A DNA stretch of 62,728 nt, taken from NCBI GenBank assembly GCA_001818155.1, contig MHJU01000012.1, positions 1 through 62,728 of the forward strand. The letters run 5' to 3'. Source of the DNA: Candidatus Jacksonbacteria bacterium RIFCSPLOWO2_02_FULL_44_20. GTDB taxonomy: Bacteria > Patescibacteriota > Patescibacteriia > UBA9629. Positions 19,595 through 29,027 of this stretch are shown here, piece by piece (position 1 is the first letter of the stretch; each line of letters opens with the position of its first letter). A program made the position numbers and the translations under genes. The notes below the pieces were generated by a model. That model saw nothing but the letters and a program-made list of their open reading frames with translations, was not told where the DNA came from and ran no database searches.

Positions 19595-20375
19595 TTTGTA
19601 TGCCTTTATCTGTTTCGTACAAACGATAGATTGGCACAGAGTATATTTTTTTCATTATTTCTGTTTGTTTCTCAAGTTCGCGATAATAATAGTAAGAGTC
19701 ATCAGTCGGAGTCAAGAGCGCAGAACCCGGTTCGTAGCGGACAATTTCCGGTTCAAGAGTTTTATATTGCGCTGGCGTGATATACGGCAAATTTGCCGCG
19801 ATAATAATTGCGTCAAACTTTTTTTGCGGCGCATTAAGTATCGGTTCAATAAGATTTCCGTGAAAAAATGCGATTTTGTTTTGAACTCCGTGCTGGTTTG
19901 CGTTCTCGCGCGCAATATTAAGCGCGTCTATGGAAATATCCACTGCCGCATAATAGTGATGCATGAGAGAGGTTTTTGCAATCGCAATGATGATACATCC
20001 GGAACCGGTTCCGACATCAATAACTGCGCATTTTCCGGATGATTTTTTAAGTATTGCAAGCGTATTTTCCACGATTTCCTCGGTTTCCGGGCGGGGGATT
20101 AAAACGCTATCGTTAACAAAAAAGTTCAGTCCGTAAAATTCTTTTTTGCCAGTTATGTAGGCAACAGGCTCGCGATTGCATCGTCTGCTGATAAACGCAT
20201 CGTATCGGACGATTTCCTCGTCTGTCATTTCATATTCCGGATGCGCGTATAAAAATTCCCGAGGACGATTGATCGCCACACTCATCAAAACTTCAGCGTC
20301 TATAAGAGGGGAGTGGATGCCTTGTGTTTCTAAACGACGCTCCGTGGCTTTAAGATATTGACTAATAAAGTACAT
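19563..20375 (-). CDS. prmC: Release factor glutamine methyltransferase
   Basis: REPVAYITG.KEFYG, VLIPRPETE, DVGTGSG, ANLPY; start placed at ATG 20375. Confidence 0.93.
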   Translation of the reverse strand: MYFISQYLKATERRLETQGIHSPLIDAEVLMSVAINRPREFLYAHPEYEMTDEEIVRYDAFISRRCNREPVAYITGKKEFYGLNFFVNDSVLIPRPETEEIVENTLAILKKSSGKCAVIDVGTGSGCIIIAIAKTSLMHHYYAAVDISIDALNIARENANQHGVQNKIAFFHGNLIEPILNAPQKKFDAIIIAANLPYITPAQYKTLEPEIVRYEPGSALLTPTDDSYYYYRELEKQTEIMKKIYSVPIYRLYETDKGIQKIPINLSADR

Positions 20376-20484
20376 TATGTTATCGTATTGGCATTCTTTC
20401 ACATAACCCTATGAGGGGGTGGGTGTGAAAGAACTTTTGGGGGATTCTGTTTTTTCTATCTTTCTCGTACAGAATCCCTTTTTT

Positions 20485-21525
20485 TTATTGCATTTTTTCG
20501 CGAAGAGTTGCAATGATATTCTCTATCTCTCCGTTCAAAATTCTCTCAATCTGCCCCCAACTTTCTTTAATGCGGTGGTCGGTTACGCGATCTTGTGGAA
20601 AATTATAGGTGCGGATTTTTTCCGAACGATCTCCTGTGCCTATTTGTCCGCGCCTCTCGGCATCGTGTTCCTGTTTTTGCCGTTCGGCTTTTTGGGCCAA
20701 AAGGCGCGATTTCAAAATAGTAAAAGCGCGTTCCTTATTTTGCAGTTGAGACCGTTCATCTTGGCATGATACGACAAGCCCGGTTTTAAGATGCGTGATT
20801 CTCACAGCTGAATCGGTTGTATTCACGGATTGTCCTCCATGTCCGCTTGAACGAAACACGTCTATTCGCACGTCCTCCGTCTTGATCTCCACATCCACAT
20901 CTTCCGCTTTTGGAAGCACGGCGACTGTTGCGGTTGATGTATGAATTCTCCCGGATTTTTCGGTTTCAGGTATTCGCTGAACTCTATGCACGCCGCTTTC
21001 GTATTTTAATTTTGAATACGCGTTCTCGCCCTGAATTTCAAAAATAATCTCCTTAAATCCTCCTATCCCGATGCGGTTCTCGGAAAGAGTTTTCACGCGC
21101 CAGCCCTTATTTTCCGCATATCGCGCATACATTCGGAATAAATCTGCAGAAAAAAGAGAGGACTCGTCTCCTCCTGCGGCCGCTCGGATTTCAACAATAA
21201 TATCGCGTTTATCAAGCGGATTTTTCGGTTCTAAATCTCCCAACTTATTTTTGACACTCGTAATTTGACTTTTTAGATTTTCAATCTCCTCCTCCGCGAG
21301 CTCGCGCAATTCCACATCTTCAGCCGATTGCTCCGTTTCCTCTGCCTGCGAGAGATGATGATTCAGCATAGCGAGTTCTTTCGTATGCGCTATTTTCTTT
21401 TTTAGATCATTATATTCAATTGTGAGAGCGCGCAATCGCGATGAATCGCGCAAAACTTCCGGCTTTTGTATGTCAGTTTCAAGCTCATCTTGACGAATTG
21501 TAAGCGCGGCAATGTCGTATTCCAT
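20485..21525 (-). CDS. prfA: Peptide chain release factor 1
   Basis: [13 protein letters not shown] (PxT), GGQ motif, [15 protein letters not shown]. Confidence 0.97.
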   Translation of the reverse strand: MEYDIAALTIRQDELETDIQKPEVLRDSSRLRALTIEYNDLKKKIAHTKELAMLNHHLSQAEETEQSAEDVELRELAEEEIENLKSQITSVKNKLGDLEPKNPLDKRDIIVEIRAAAGGDESSLFSADLFRMYARYAENKGWRVKTLSENRIGIGGFKEIIFEIQGENAYSKLKYESGVHRVQRIPETEKSGRIHTSTATVAVLPKAEDVDVEIKTEDVRIDVFRSSGHGGQSVNTTDSAVRITHLKTGLVVSCQDERSQLQNKERAFTILKSRLLAQKAERQKQEHDAERRGQIGTGDRSEKIRTYNFPQDRVTDHRIKESWGQIERILNGEIENIIATLREKMQ

Positions 21526-21557
21526 TTAAGAGCAATACTACCATTAGAGAAGTGAAC

Positions 21558-21586
21558 TTGACAAGTTCCACTCCCTTTGCTACATT
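21558..21586 (+). promoter_or_regulatory. Sigma70-type promoter of hrcA operon
   Basis: TTGACA (21558-63), 17-nt spacer, TGc-TACATT (21581-86). Confidence 0.8.
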
Positions 21587-21611
21587 AGCAGACAAAGAGT
21601 TTGACTGCTAA
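21585..21611. promoter_or_regulatory. CIRCE-like HrcA operator
   Basis: TTAGCAGAC-N9-GACTGCTAA vs consensus TTAGCACTC-N9-GAGTGCTAA, directly upstream of hrcA. Confidence 0.88.
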
Positions 21612-21630
21612 TTTTAAGGGACTCATATCT

Positions 21631-22326
21631 ATGCTGACTGACCGCCAGAGAACACTGTTAAACGCGCTCATGAATCAATATATTAAAACAGGAGAACCGA
21701 TCGGTTCGGAACTTCTTGTAGACACGTACCATCTTTCTGTTTCCTCCGCAACTGTAAGGAATGAAATGCTCGCGCTTGATACGCTCGGGTATCTTGAAAA
21801 ACTCCACACGTCGTCCGGCAGAGTTCCAACTGAAAAGGCGTATTCCTATTATGTTGCAGAGTATGCGAAAAACCCAGTGCTAAACGCCAGATACAAAGAA
21901 CGCTTATCACAACTGGTTCCAACTTCAAAATATCCGAGCTCGCGCGAAATCGTAAAAGACGTTTCACGAAACATTGCAGATATCGCGCATGAATTCATAC
22001 TCACGGCTTTTGCGGATAATGATTTTTACTACACAGGATTATCGCATCTTTTTACAAAACCGGAATACGGAGAAGCAGAGAGCATAAAAAATTTATCGGA
22101 AATTATTGATGCGTTTGACGCGACGTTAAAAGAATTATACCGCACAATTCCGGAAGAAACACATACGTTTATAGGGTCAAAAAATCCTATTGATAAAAGT
22201 TCCAGCTTAATCACAGTCCGCATCGGCGCGAACGGCCCGATTCTTGCGCTTCTTGGGCCTATGCGAATGCGGTATGATGTTAATATCGCTCTTTTAGAAT
22301 ATTGCCAGTCGTTATTGGCAGATTAA
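21631..22326 (+). CDS. hrcA: Heat-inducible repressor HrcA (short form)
   Basis: LTDRQ..LL...YIKTGEPIGS, SSATVRNEM, HTSSGRVPT, LGPMRMRY; ATG 21631. Confidence 0.93.
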   Translation: MLTDRQRTLLNALMNQYIKTGEPIGSELLVDTYHLSVSSATVRNEMLALDTLGYLEKLHTSSGRVPTEKAYSYYVAEYAKNPVLNARYKERLSQLVPTSKYPSSREIVKDVSRNIADIAHEFILTAFADNDFYYTGLSHLFTKPEYGEAESIKNLSEIIDAFDATLKELYRTIPEETHTFIGSKNPIDKSSSLITVRIGANGPILALLGPMRMRYDVNIALLEYCQSLLAD

Positions 22327-22337
22327 GAACTAAAAAT

Positions 22338-22829
22338 ATGGAAAACAATTCTCTACAACAACAAACGGAGCAAACGCAATCTGAAGAAATCACTGAACTG
22401 CAAAAAAAATGCGACGAGTATCTTGCCGGGTGGCAGAGGGCAAAAGCCGATTACAGCAATCGCGAAAAAGATATCGCGCGCGAAAAAACGGAATTCCTGA
22501 AATTCGGAAATGCGGCGCTGATTCTTGAGCTGATTCCGATTTTTGATAATTTTCGCGAGGCGATGATGCACATTCCAAACGAACATAAAACAGACGAGTG
22601 GGTTATGGGAATAGAACTCGTGAAAAAACAGATCAGCGATTTTCTCAAAAATTTTGGCGCGGAGACGTACGGAAAAGAAGGAGAAGCGTTTGATCCGAAT
22701 CTCTTTGAGGCGCTTGATGAGACAGACGCAGAAGAGGATAAAAAAGGAAAAATTGTGAAGGTTGTGCGGATGGGATATAAGCTCCACGGCCGGGTAATTC
22801 GCCCGAGCCAAGTGATTGTCGGTAAATAA
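22338..22829 (+). CDS. grpE: Nucleotide exchange factor GrpE
   Basis: QRAKADYSN, GEAFDP, GYKLHGRVIRPSQV; ATG 22338. Confidence 0.95.
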   Translation: MENNSLQQQTEQTQSEEITELQKKCDEYLAGWQRAKADYSNREKDIAREKTEFLKFGNAALILELIPIFDNFREAMMHIPNEHKTDEWVMGIELVKKQISDFLKNFGAETYGKEGEAFDPNLFEALDETDAEEDKKGKIVKVVRMGYKLHGRVIRPSQVIVGK

Positions 22830-22906
22830 ATTTTAATTAAGAGCAAGTTGCGGGTTTAATAAATTTTTATTATTAAGCGCTGTACTTTGTCTCTCAACTT
22901 ACGCAT

Positions 22907-23332
22907 ATGTCTCTTATAAAATGGCAACCGGTGTTTGATGTTTTTGAAGATATTGACGGTTTCTTCGCAAGCGGAGGCCCTCGCCGCGCGATTTCCCGAA
23001 CCTTTGCTCCGGCCATAAACATTCGCGAGACCGACGACAGTGTGGTTGTAGAAACTCCGCTTCCGGGCATTGACCCTTCTAAGGTTGATATTACAATTGA
23101 AAACGACGTCTTGACGATTGAAGGCCGCGACGAGAAAAGGAGCGAAGTGGAAGAGCAGGATTATTCCCGCCGAGAGTGGACAATGCAGTCTTTTCATCGC
23201 TCTGTTGCTCTGCCTGTTGCAGTGCAGTCCGACGACGCGCAGGCATCGTATCAAAACGGCGTCTTGACGGTTACGATTCCGAAGCGCGAAGAGGCAAAGG
23301 CGAAGAAGGTTAGTGTGAAGGTGAAGGAGTAA
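22907..23332 (+). CDS. Hsp20/alpha-crystallin small heat-shock protein
   Basis: PAINIRET, LPG, SFHRSVALP, ASYQNGVLTVTIPK. Confidence 0.95.
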   Translation: MSLIKWQPVFDVFEDIDGFFASGGPRRAISRTFAPAINIRETDDSVVVETPLPGIDPSKVDITIENDVLTIEGRDEKRSEVEEQDYSRREWTMQSFHRSVALPVAVQSDDAQASYQNGVLTVTIPKREEAKAKKVSVKVKE

Positions 23333-23388
23333 AGTTGCCAAAAGAAAAAATGCCCATATCAATCAAGATATTGGCATTTGTCTCTCGC

Positions 23389-23541
23389 TTATTTGGGGTC
23401 CCTTATTAGGTAAACCCCAATTAAGAAAGAGATACAGCATATCCCTAAGCCTATAAGGCCATAGGGTTTTGGGACATCATTCCAAAACATTAATTGCAAC
23501 GTCCCAGATACTGCAATTAAGAAAGCTATACGGCCTTTCAT
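23389..23541 (-). CDS. 50-aa two-TM small membrane protein
   Basis: MKGRIAFLIAVSG...; strong SD AAGGAGGT before ATG; upstream region paralogous to the 27741 cassette. Confidence 0.7.
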   Translation of the reverse strand: MKGRIAFLIAVSGTLQLMFWNDVPKPYGLIGLGICCISFLIGVYLIRDPK

Positions 23542-23589
23542 CTTTCTCACCTCCTTTCTTTTTTGTAGAATGAGAAAAATGTTGAGCGC

Positions 23590-23630
23590 AGTATAGCACT
23601 TCTTCTTCTTCTTCTTCTTCTTCTTGTCAA
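23590..23630 (-). promoter_or_regulatory. Promoter-like element with expanded (GAA)8 spacer
   Basis: Minus strand TTGACA-A(GAA)8GTGC-TATACT; spacer 29 nt. Confidence 0.7.
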
Positions 23631-23656
23631 TAGATGAAGCGCAGAAGCCCATATGA

Positions 23657-24709
23657 ATGCAAAAAGACCGCTACAAACTTACCCAAGATATTTTAAAAAA
23701 AGTCGCTGAAATAGATGAGTTTAAGGGCGCGTGGATGAAATTAAAGTTGTTACACAGCCATATCCTTCCGCAATTGGAATGGGTAGCTCTGCTTCAATCC
23801 TCCGCATCTTCAACACGAATAGAAGGGTCAGAGATGAGCGACAAAGATGTAGAGGATTTTCTTCAAGGATTAAATATCCAAAAATTTAGGGATTGCGATA
23901 AACAGGAAGTGCAGGGATATAAAGAACTGTTGGAAACCGTATGTGCTAATTATGAAACCACACCCTTTACAGAAAATACGATAAAAGGTTTTCACAAGAT
24001 ATTGTTGCAGTACTCACAAAAAGATGAGCGTCATTTGGGAGAGTATAAAAAACATCCAAACACCGTGGTGGCGTTTGACGCAAACGGAAAACAACTCGGC
24101 ATTATTTTTAAAACCACAGAACCTTATCTAACGCCAAAAGAAATACAGGAATTACTGGAGCGTACAGGAGCTTGGATTCGCGGAGAAGATAAACATAGGC
24201 TTTTGATAATCGCGGAATTTATCGTAGACTTTCTTTCTATACATCCTTTTCAAGACGGCAATGGACGGCTTTCCCGCATTTTAACGAATTTTTTACTGTT
24301 GCAACATGGATACGAATTTGTGCGTTTTAGTTCTTTAGAGAGCGTGATAGAGAGTAACAAGCGATTATACTATCTTGCATTGCGCAGGAGCCAAAAGGAT
24401 CGCGGCAAAAAAAATGAAACGATAGAGCCGTGGATAAACTTTTTTTTAGACGTTTTGGTGACTATGACACGTACGTTAAAGCTGAAGGTGGAAGATAAAG
24501 GAATAAGTATACAAATTAGTGAACGAGAACAAAAAGTATTAGAATATGTAAACAAACATCAACGAGTTACAAGCACGGACGTAATGAACAAGTATTCAAT
24601 AGGTCAAAGAGCGGCGAGTAAAATTTTATTACAAATGGTAGAGAAGAAGCTATTGATTAGACAAGGAAAAGGGAAGAGAGATGCGTTTTATACGTTAAAT
24701 ATAATATAG
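23657..24709 (+). CDS. Fic family protein with C-terminal winged HTH
   Basis: HPFQDGNGRLSR active motif; SSTRIEG inhibitory-helix-like motif; GKGK wing. Confidence 0.93.
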   Translation: MQKDRYKLTQDILKKVAEIDEFKGAWMKLKLLHSHILPQLEWVALLQSSASSTRIEGSEMSDKDVEDFLQGLNIQKFRDCDKQEVQGYKELLETVCANYETTPFTENTIKGFHKILLQYSQKDERHLGEYKKHPNTVVAFDANGKQLGIIFKTTEPYLTPKEIQELLERTGAWIRGEDKHRLLIIAEFIVDFLSIHPFQDGNGRLSRILTNFLLLQHGYEFVRFSSLESVIESNKRLYYLALRRSQKDRGKKNETIEPWINFFLDVLVTMTRTLKLKVEDKGISIQISEREQKVLEYVNKHQRVTSTDVMNKYSIGQRAASKILLQMVEKKLLIRQGKGKRDAFYTLNII

Positions 24710-24742
24710 TTTAACGGAACTTTAACGGAACTTTAACGGAAC
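24710..24742 (+). repeat. Tandem repeat (TTTAACGGAAC)x3
   Basis: Three perfect 11-mers immediately after the fic stop codon. Confidence 0.95.
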
Positions 24743-24820
24743 TAACTTTAATTTTGATTAACTAATCAGTTATACGCTGTACGGTAAATATGCTTTATAG
24801 CGTTGTAACTTTAACACTAC

Positions 24821-26767
24821 ATGTCAAAAATTCTTGGCATAGACCTTGGCACCACAAACTCCTGCATGGCAATTATGGAGGGCGGCGAGTCAAAGGTTTT
24901 GGAAAATAAAGAAGGGCAACGCACCACTCCGTCAATTGTTGCGGTTTCAAAATCAGGAGAGAGGATTGTCGGAGTCGCGGCAAAACGGCAATCGGTTACA
25001 AATCCGCAAAACACTCTGTATTCAGTGAAGCGGCTTATCGGGCGCAGGTTTGACGACAATGAAGTTCAGCGTTCCATAAAAACGCTTCCGTATGAAATCC
25101 GCAAACGCGGAGAAGGAGTGGAGGTGAAAATGGGCGACAAGTGGTATACGCCGCAGGAAATTTCCGCGATGATTTTGGTGAAACTGAAAAATGACGCTGA
25201 AGAAAAGACAGGAGAAAAAATCACAGAAGCCATCATCACATGCCCCGCGTACTTTGACGACTCGCAGAGAAAAGCCACAAAAGAAGCAGGAGAAATTGCC
25301 GGGCTGAACGTCCGACGCGTTATCAACGAACCGACCGCCGCCGCGCTCGCTTACGGTTTTGACAAAAAGAAAGACGAAAAAATCGCAGTGTACGATTTGG
25401 GCGGCGGTACTTTTGACATTTCTATACTAGAAGTTTCTTCTGATACAGTGGAAGTGAAAGCGACAAACGGCGACACGCATCTTGGTGGAGACGATTTTGA
25501 TCAGATACTCATGGAATGGATTGCCGACGAATTTAAGAAAGATCAAGGTATTGATTTAAGACAGGATAAACTCGCGCTTCAGCGAATCAAAGAAGCCGCA
25601 GAAAAAGCAAAAATTGAGCTCTCAACGCAGATGGAGGTGGAAATCAACCAGCCGTTTATTACAAGCGGCGCTGAAGGGCCGAAGCATCTTCTCTTAAAAC
25701 TCACGCGCGCGAATCTAGAACAGCTTGTCGGGCATTTAGTTGAGAAAACTCTTGGGCCGGTGAAAAAGGCGCTTGCGGACGCAAAACTTTCGCCAAAAGA
25801 TATGAACGAAGTGGTGATGGTTGGAGGAATGACTCGCATGCCTCTTGTTCTTGAAACAGTTGAAAAGTTCTTCGGCAAAAAACCGCACCTCGGCGTGAAT
25901 CCGGATGAAGTGGTTGCGGTCGGAGCCGCTGTGCAGGCCGGCGTTTTACAAGGGGATGTGAAGGATGTATTGTTGCTTGACGTAACGCCCCTTACTTTGG
26001 GAATTGAAACTTTGGGCGGAGTCCGGACGCCGCTTATTGAACGAAACACCACTATTCCGACCGCAAAATCGCAAGTTTTTTCAACAGCCGGAGACAGCCA
26101 GACGTCAGTTGAGATTCATGTTTTACAAGGCGAGCGCGAGATGTCCGGAGACAACAAGACGCTTGGCAAGTTTATTTTAGACGGAATTCCTCCGGCTCCC
26201 CGCGGCGTGCCGCAAGTTGAAGTAACTTTTGACATAGACGCAAACGGAATTTTGCATGTAACCGCAAAAGACAAGGCAACCGGAAAAGAACAGAAAATTA
26301 CGATTACAGGTTCAACAGGATTGTCAAAAGATGAAATTGAGCGTATGAAGCGCGATGCGGAATTGCACGCGGATGAGGACAAGAAAAAGAAAGAATTGAT
26401 TCAGGAGCGCAACACCGCAGAGAGCTTGGCGTACACAGCCGAGAAAACCGTGAAAGAGGCTGGCGACAAAATAAGCTCGGATGAGAAAAAGGATGTGGAA
26501 GATCATGTGAAAAAAGTGCGGGATACTTTAATCGGAGAGGATGCCGGCGCAATCAAACAAAGCGCCGAGACATTGGGCCAAGTTTTGCAGAAAATCGGCG
26601 CGAAGATGTATCAGGCGTCGCAAAGCGCCGAGGCTGAAGGCGGAGCCGGAACAGAAAGCGCAAGTCCATCCGGAGCCGGCGATCAATCAGAACAAGGAGA
26701 AAGTAAAAAAGATAATGTCGTGGAGGGGGAGTATGAGGAGGTGAAGGATGAGAAAAAGAGTGAGTAG
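24821..26767 (+). CDS. dnaK: Chaperone DnaK
   Basis: [25 protein letters not shown]. Confidence 0.99.
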   Translation: MSKILGIDLGTTNSCMAIMEGGESKVLENKEGQRTTPSIVAVSKSGERIVGVAAKRQSVTNPQNTLYSVKRLIGRRFDDNEVQRSIKTLPYEIRKRGEGVEVKMGDKWYTPQEISAMILVKLKNDAEEKTGEKITEAIITCPAYFDDSQRKATKEAGEIAGLNVRRVINEPTAAALAYGFDKKKDEKIAVYDLGGGTFDISILEVSSDTVEVKATNGDTHLGGDDFDQILMEWIADEFKKDQGIDLRQDKLALQRIKEAAEKAKIELSTQMEVEINQPFITSGAEGPKHLLLKLTRANLEQLVGHLVEKTLGPVKKALADAKLSPKDMNEVVMVGGMTRMPLVLETVEKFFGKKPHLGVNPDEVVAVGAAVQAGVLQGDVKDVLLLDVTPLTLGIETLGGVRTPLIERNTTIPTAKSQVFSTAGDSQTSVEIHVLQGEREMSGDNKTLGKFILDGIPPAPRGVPQVEVTFDIDANGILHVTAKDKATGKEQKITITGSTGLSKDEIERMKRDAELHADEDKKKKELIQERNTAESLAYTAEKTVKEAGDKISSDEKKDVEDHVKKVRDTLIGEDAGAIKQSAETLGQVLQKIGAKMYQASQSAEAEGGAGTESASPSGAGDQSEQGESKKDNVVEGEYEEVKDEKKSE

Positions 26768-26771
26768 GATT

Positions 26772-27236
26772 ATGGCTAAAAAACAGACAATGTATTTAGA
26801 GACGTCAGTGATTTCCGCGTATTTTGATTTTTGGAAAGGGAATCCTCCACAGCAACGCTATACGCGACAGTTCTGGAAAGAAATTGTGCCGCATCATCGT
26901 GTGTATATTTCCGATATTTGCTTGCAAGAGTTAAGTCAGGCTCAAGAAGAGTGGTATAGAAATTATTTGGATATACTGCGCGACATTGAGATTATTACTG
27001 CTACCATGACAGTGAATATTTTAGCGAGAAAGTATGTCAGCGCTGGGATTATTCCAAAAAATAAACTTAACGATGCAAATCATTTAGCGATTGCGTCGCT
27101 TCACAGAATGGACTTTCTTGTTTCGTGGAATCAGGAGCATATTGTGCGTCCGCATAAGATACATCAGGTAATCGTTTTTAACAGAAGTCAGAATATACAT
27201 ATTCCAACTATTGTAAAACCAAGTGATTTTTTATGA
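26772..27236 (+). CDS. PIN-domain protein (VapC-like toxin)
   Basis: YLETSVIS, QEL, DANHLAIA, LVSWN..H. Confidence 0.85.
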   Translation: MAKKQTMYLETSVISAYFDFWKGNPPQQRYTRQFWKEIVPHHRVYISDICLQELSQAQEEWYRNYLDILRDIEIITATMTVNILARKYVSAGIIPKNKLNDANHLAIASLHRMDFLVSWNQEHIVRPHKIHQVIVFNRSQNIHIPTIVKPSDFL

Positions 27237-27454
27237 GAAAAGAACCTTATTTTATGCAGGAATTACATAAACAGAGAGAGAGAGAGGCGCGTATTTTGCG
27301 GACGCGGTTTAGAGGGGACTTTAACGCGTATTGGCAATGGACTATGGGGTGTTTGACTAAGAGCTTGAAAGAACAGGGGTACCGTATAGAGAACAGTAAA
27401 AGTGGAGTTGGCCGCTTGATGAAAGAGCGAAATGCGCGCGTGAACAAGAAGTAA
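27233..27454 (+). CDS. Small basic protein, probable PIN partner/antitoxin
   Basis: 73 aa, ATGA-coupled to the PIN gene. Confidence 0.55.
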   Translation: MRKEPYFMQELHKQREREARILRTRFRGDFNAYWQWTMGCLTKSLKEQGYRIENSKSGVGRLMKERNARVNKK

Positions 27455-27534
27455 AAGAAAAAAAGCTCCGTTCGCGCGTCATCAGTTTCTCTGGTTGATG
27501 AACGCGTTACTTAGAGCATTTTGTCATATTGAGA

Positions 27535-27741
27535 TTATTTTATTCTAAATTTTATCTCAATAAATCTTATCTCAATATGACTGATTCCTTCAACTACCAT
27601 TAGGGCGATTGTCCCAATGATAGTTGATAAAACAACAATCATTAACATCTTAGTGATTATGTGTACATTCTCTGGAATAAACCAGAGAAAAAATCCTCCT
27701 GCTAAGCAGGAGGACACAAATCCGATGAAAAATTTTTTCAT
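27535..27741 (-). CDS. 68-aa two-TM small membrane protein
   Basis: MKKFFIGFVSS...; SD AAGGAGGT; same upstream architecture as the 23541 ORF. Confidence 0.7.
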   Translation of the reverse strand: MKKFFIGFVSSCLAGGFFLWFIPENVHIITKMLMIVVLSTIIGTIALMVVEGISHIEIRFIEIKFRIK

Positions 27742-27826
27742 TTTTCTCACCTCCTTTTTATGAGAAAAAATCGGCCGGGTTTTGGATTTGCATTATGCAG
27801 ACCAAGCCGATTCCAGAGAACAAAAC

Positions 27827-27855
27827 ACTATAGCACTTCTTCTTCTTCTTGTCAA
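27827..27855 (-). promoter_or_regulatory. Near-consensus sigma70 promoter with (GAA)4 spacer
   Basis: Minus strand TTGACA-A(GAA)4GTGC-TATAGT; spacer 17 nt, extended -10 TG. Confidence 0.8.
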
Positions 27856-27881
27856 GAGTAGAACGCAAAGAAGCATGACCT

Positions 27882-29027
27882 TTGGCAAAAGATTACTACA
27901 ACCTATTAGGCGTCTCAAAAAACTCTTCGGAAGAGGAGATTAAAAAAGCGTTCCGCGCGCTCGCTCATCAATATCATCCGGATAAAAAAAGCGGCAATGA
28001 AGCCAAGTTCAAGGAACTGAACGAAGCGTATCAAGTATTGAGCGATCCGGAAAAACGCAAAAAATACGATCAGTTCGGCGCGAGCTTTGAACAAATGGGC
28101 GGATGGGAATCCGCAACCGGCGGAGCGCACTGGGAAGATATAATGAACGCGTTTCGGCAAGGCGGCGCGCGCGCGGGCGGTAATTTTGGCGGCAATGAAT
28201 TTGCCGGATTTTCTTTTGATATCGGCGATATTTTCAGCGAGTTTTTCGGAGGTCGCGCGTCTTCGTCCAGCATGAGTGGCGCTAGTCGCTCGCGTTCATC
28301 TCGCGGAAGGGACATTGAGATCGCTATTGAGATTGAATTTTTAGAAGCCGTAACCGGCGCAGAACGCACGCTTGAATTGAAAAAGTTTGACAAGTGCTCG
28401 CGGTGCAAGGGCAATCGGGCAGAACCCGGAACTCCTCTTATCACATGCAAGGAGTGCGGAGGAAGAGGAGAGGTTTCGCAAACGCGGCAAACCATTCTTG
28501 GAGTTATGCGCACAAGCGGCCAGTGCGGAAAGTGTGGCGGCGAAGGCGTATTCCCGAAACTTAACTGCAAACACTGCAACGGAGACGGCATGGAACGCGT
28601 TGCAAAAAAAATCAAAGTGAGAATCCCGGCCGGCATTCAAAACGGAGAGGCGATTCGCATAAGCGGCGAAGGCGAGATTTCTGAAAACGCGGCGCGCTAT
28701 GGGGATTTATACGTCGGCGTCCGCATTCGCTCGCATCATAAATTTAAGAGGGATGGCGACGACATTCACTCAAGCGAACTGATCTCATTCACACAAGCCG
28801 CGCTCGGCGATAAAATTCGCGCGGACACGGCGCACGGAAAAGTTGAATTGAAAATTCCCGCAGGCACCGAGTCCGGCACTGCATTCAAATTGAAACACAA
28901 GGGCGTGCCTAGTTTGCGTGGCGGAGGAGAGGGAGATCATTATGTTACGGTAAAAATTGTTGTTCCTGAACGAGTAAGCGCAAAAGCTAAAAAATTATTG
29001 AATGAGTTAAAAGAAGAGGGGCTATGA
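27882..29027 (+). CDS. dnaJ: Chaperone DnaJ
   Basis: HPD J-domain, G/F region, four CxxCxG zinc repeats; TTG start. Confidence 0.97.
   Translation: MAKDYYNLLGVSKNSSEEEIKKAFRALAHQYHPDKKSGNEAKFKELNEAYQVLSDPEKRKKYDQFGASFEQMGGWESATGGAHWEDIMNAFRQGGARAGGNFGGNEFAGFSFDIGDIFSEFFGGRASSSSMSGASRSRSSRGRDIEIAIEIEFLEAVTGAERTLELKKFDKCSRCKGNRAEPGTPLITCKECGGRGEVSQTRQTILGVMRTSGQCGKCGGEGVFPKLNCKHCNGDGMERVAKKIKVRIPAGIQNGEAIRISGEGEISENAARYGDLYVGVRIRSHHKFKRDGDDIHSSELISFTQAALGDKIRADTAHGKVELKIPAGTESGTAFKLKHKGVPSLRGGGEGDHYVTVKIVVPERVSAKAKKLLNELKEEGL

Noticed and set aside
20441-20478. GGGATTCTGT/ACAGAATCCC hairpin as the prfA terminator
   Set aside because: The stem is real, but the T-run is on the opposite strand to prfA, so the function is unassigned.
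21601-21630. TTG start for hrcA
   Set aside because: It lies inside the CIRCE operator; ATG 21631 matches the HrcA N-terminus.
23542-23652. N-terminal poly-Lys extension of the 87-aa ORF
   Set aside because: It is a translation of the (GAA)n promoter tract; the SD supports a start at 23541.
24710-24742. 11-mer repeats as a mini CRISPR array
   Set aside because: Head-to-tail repeats with no spacers, and too short.
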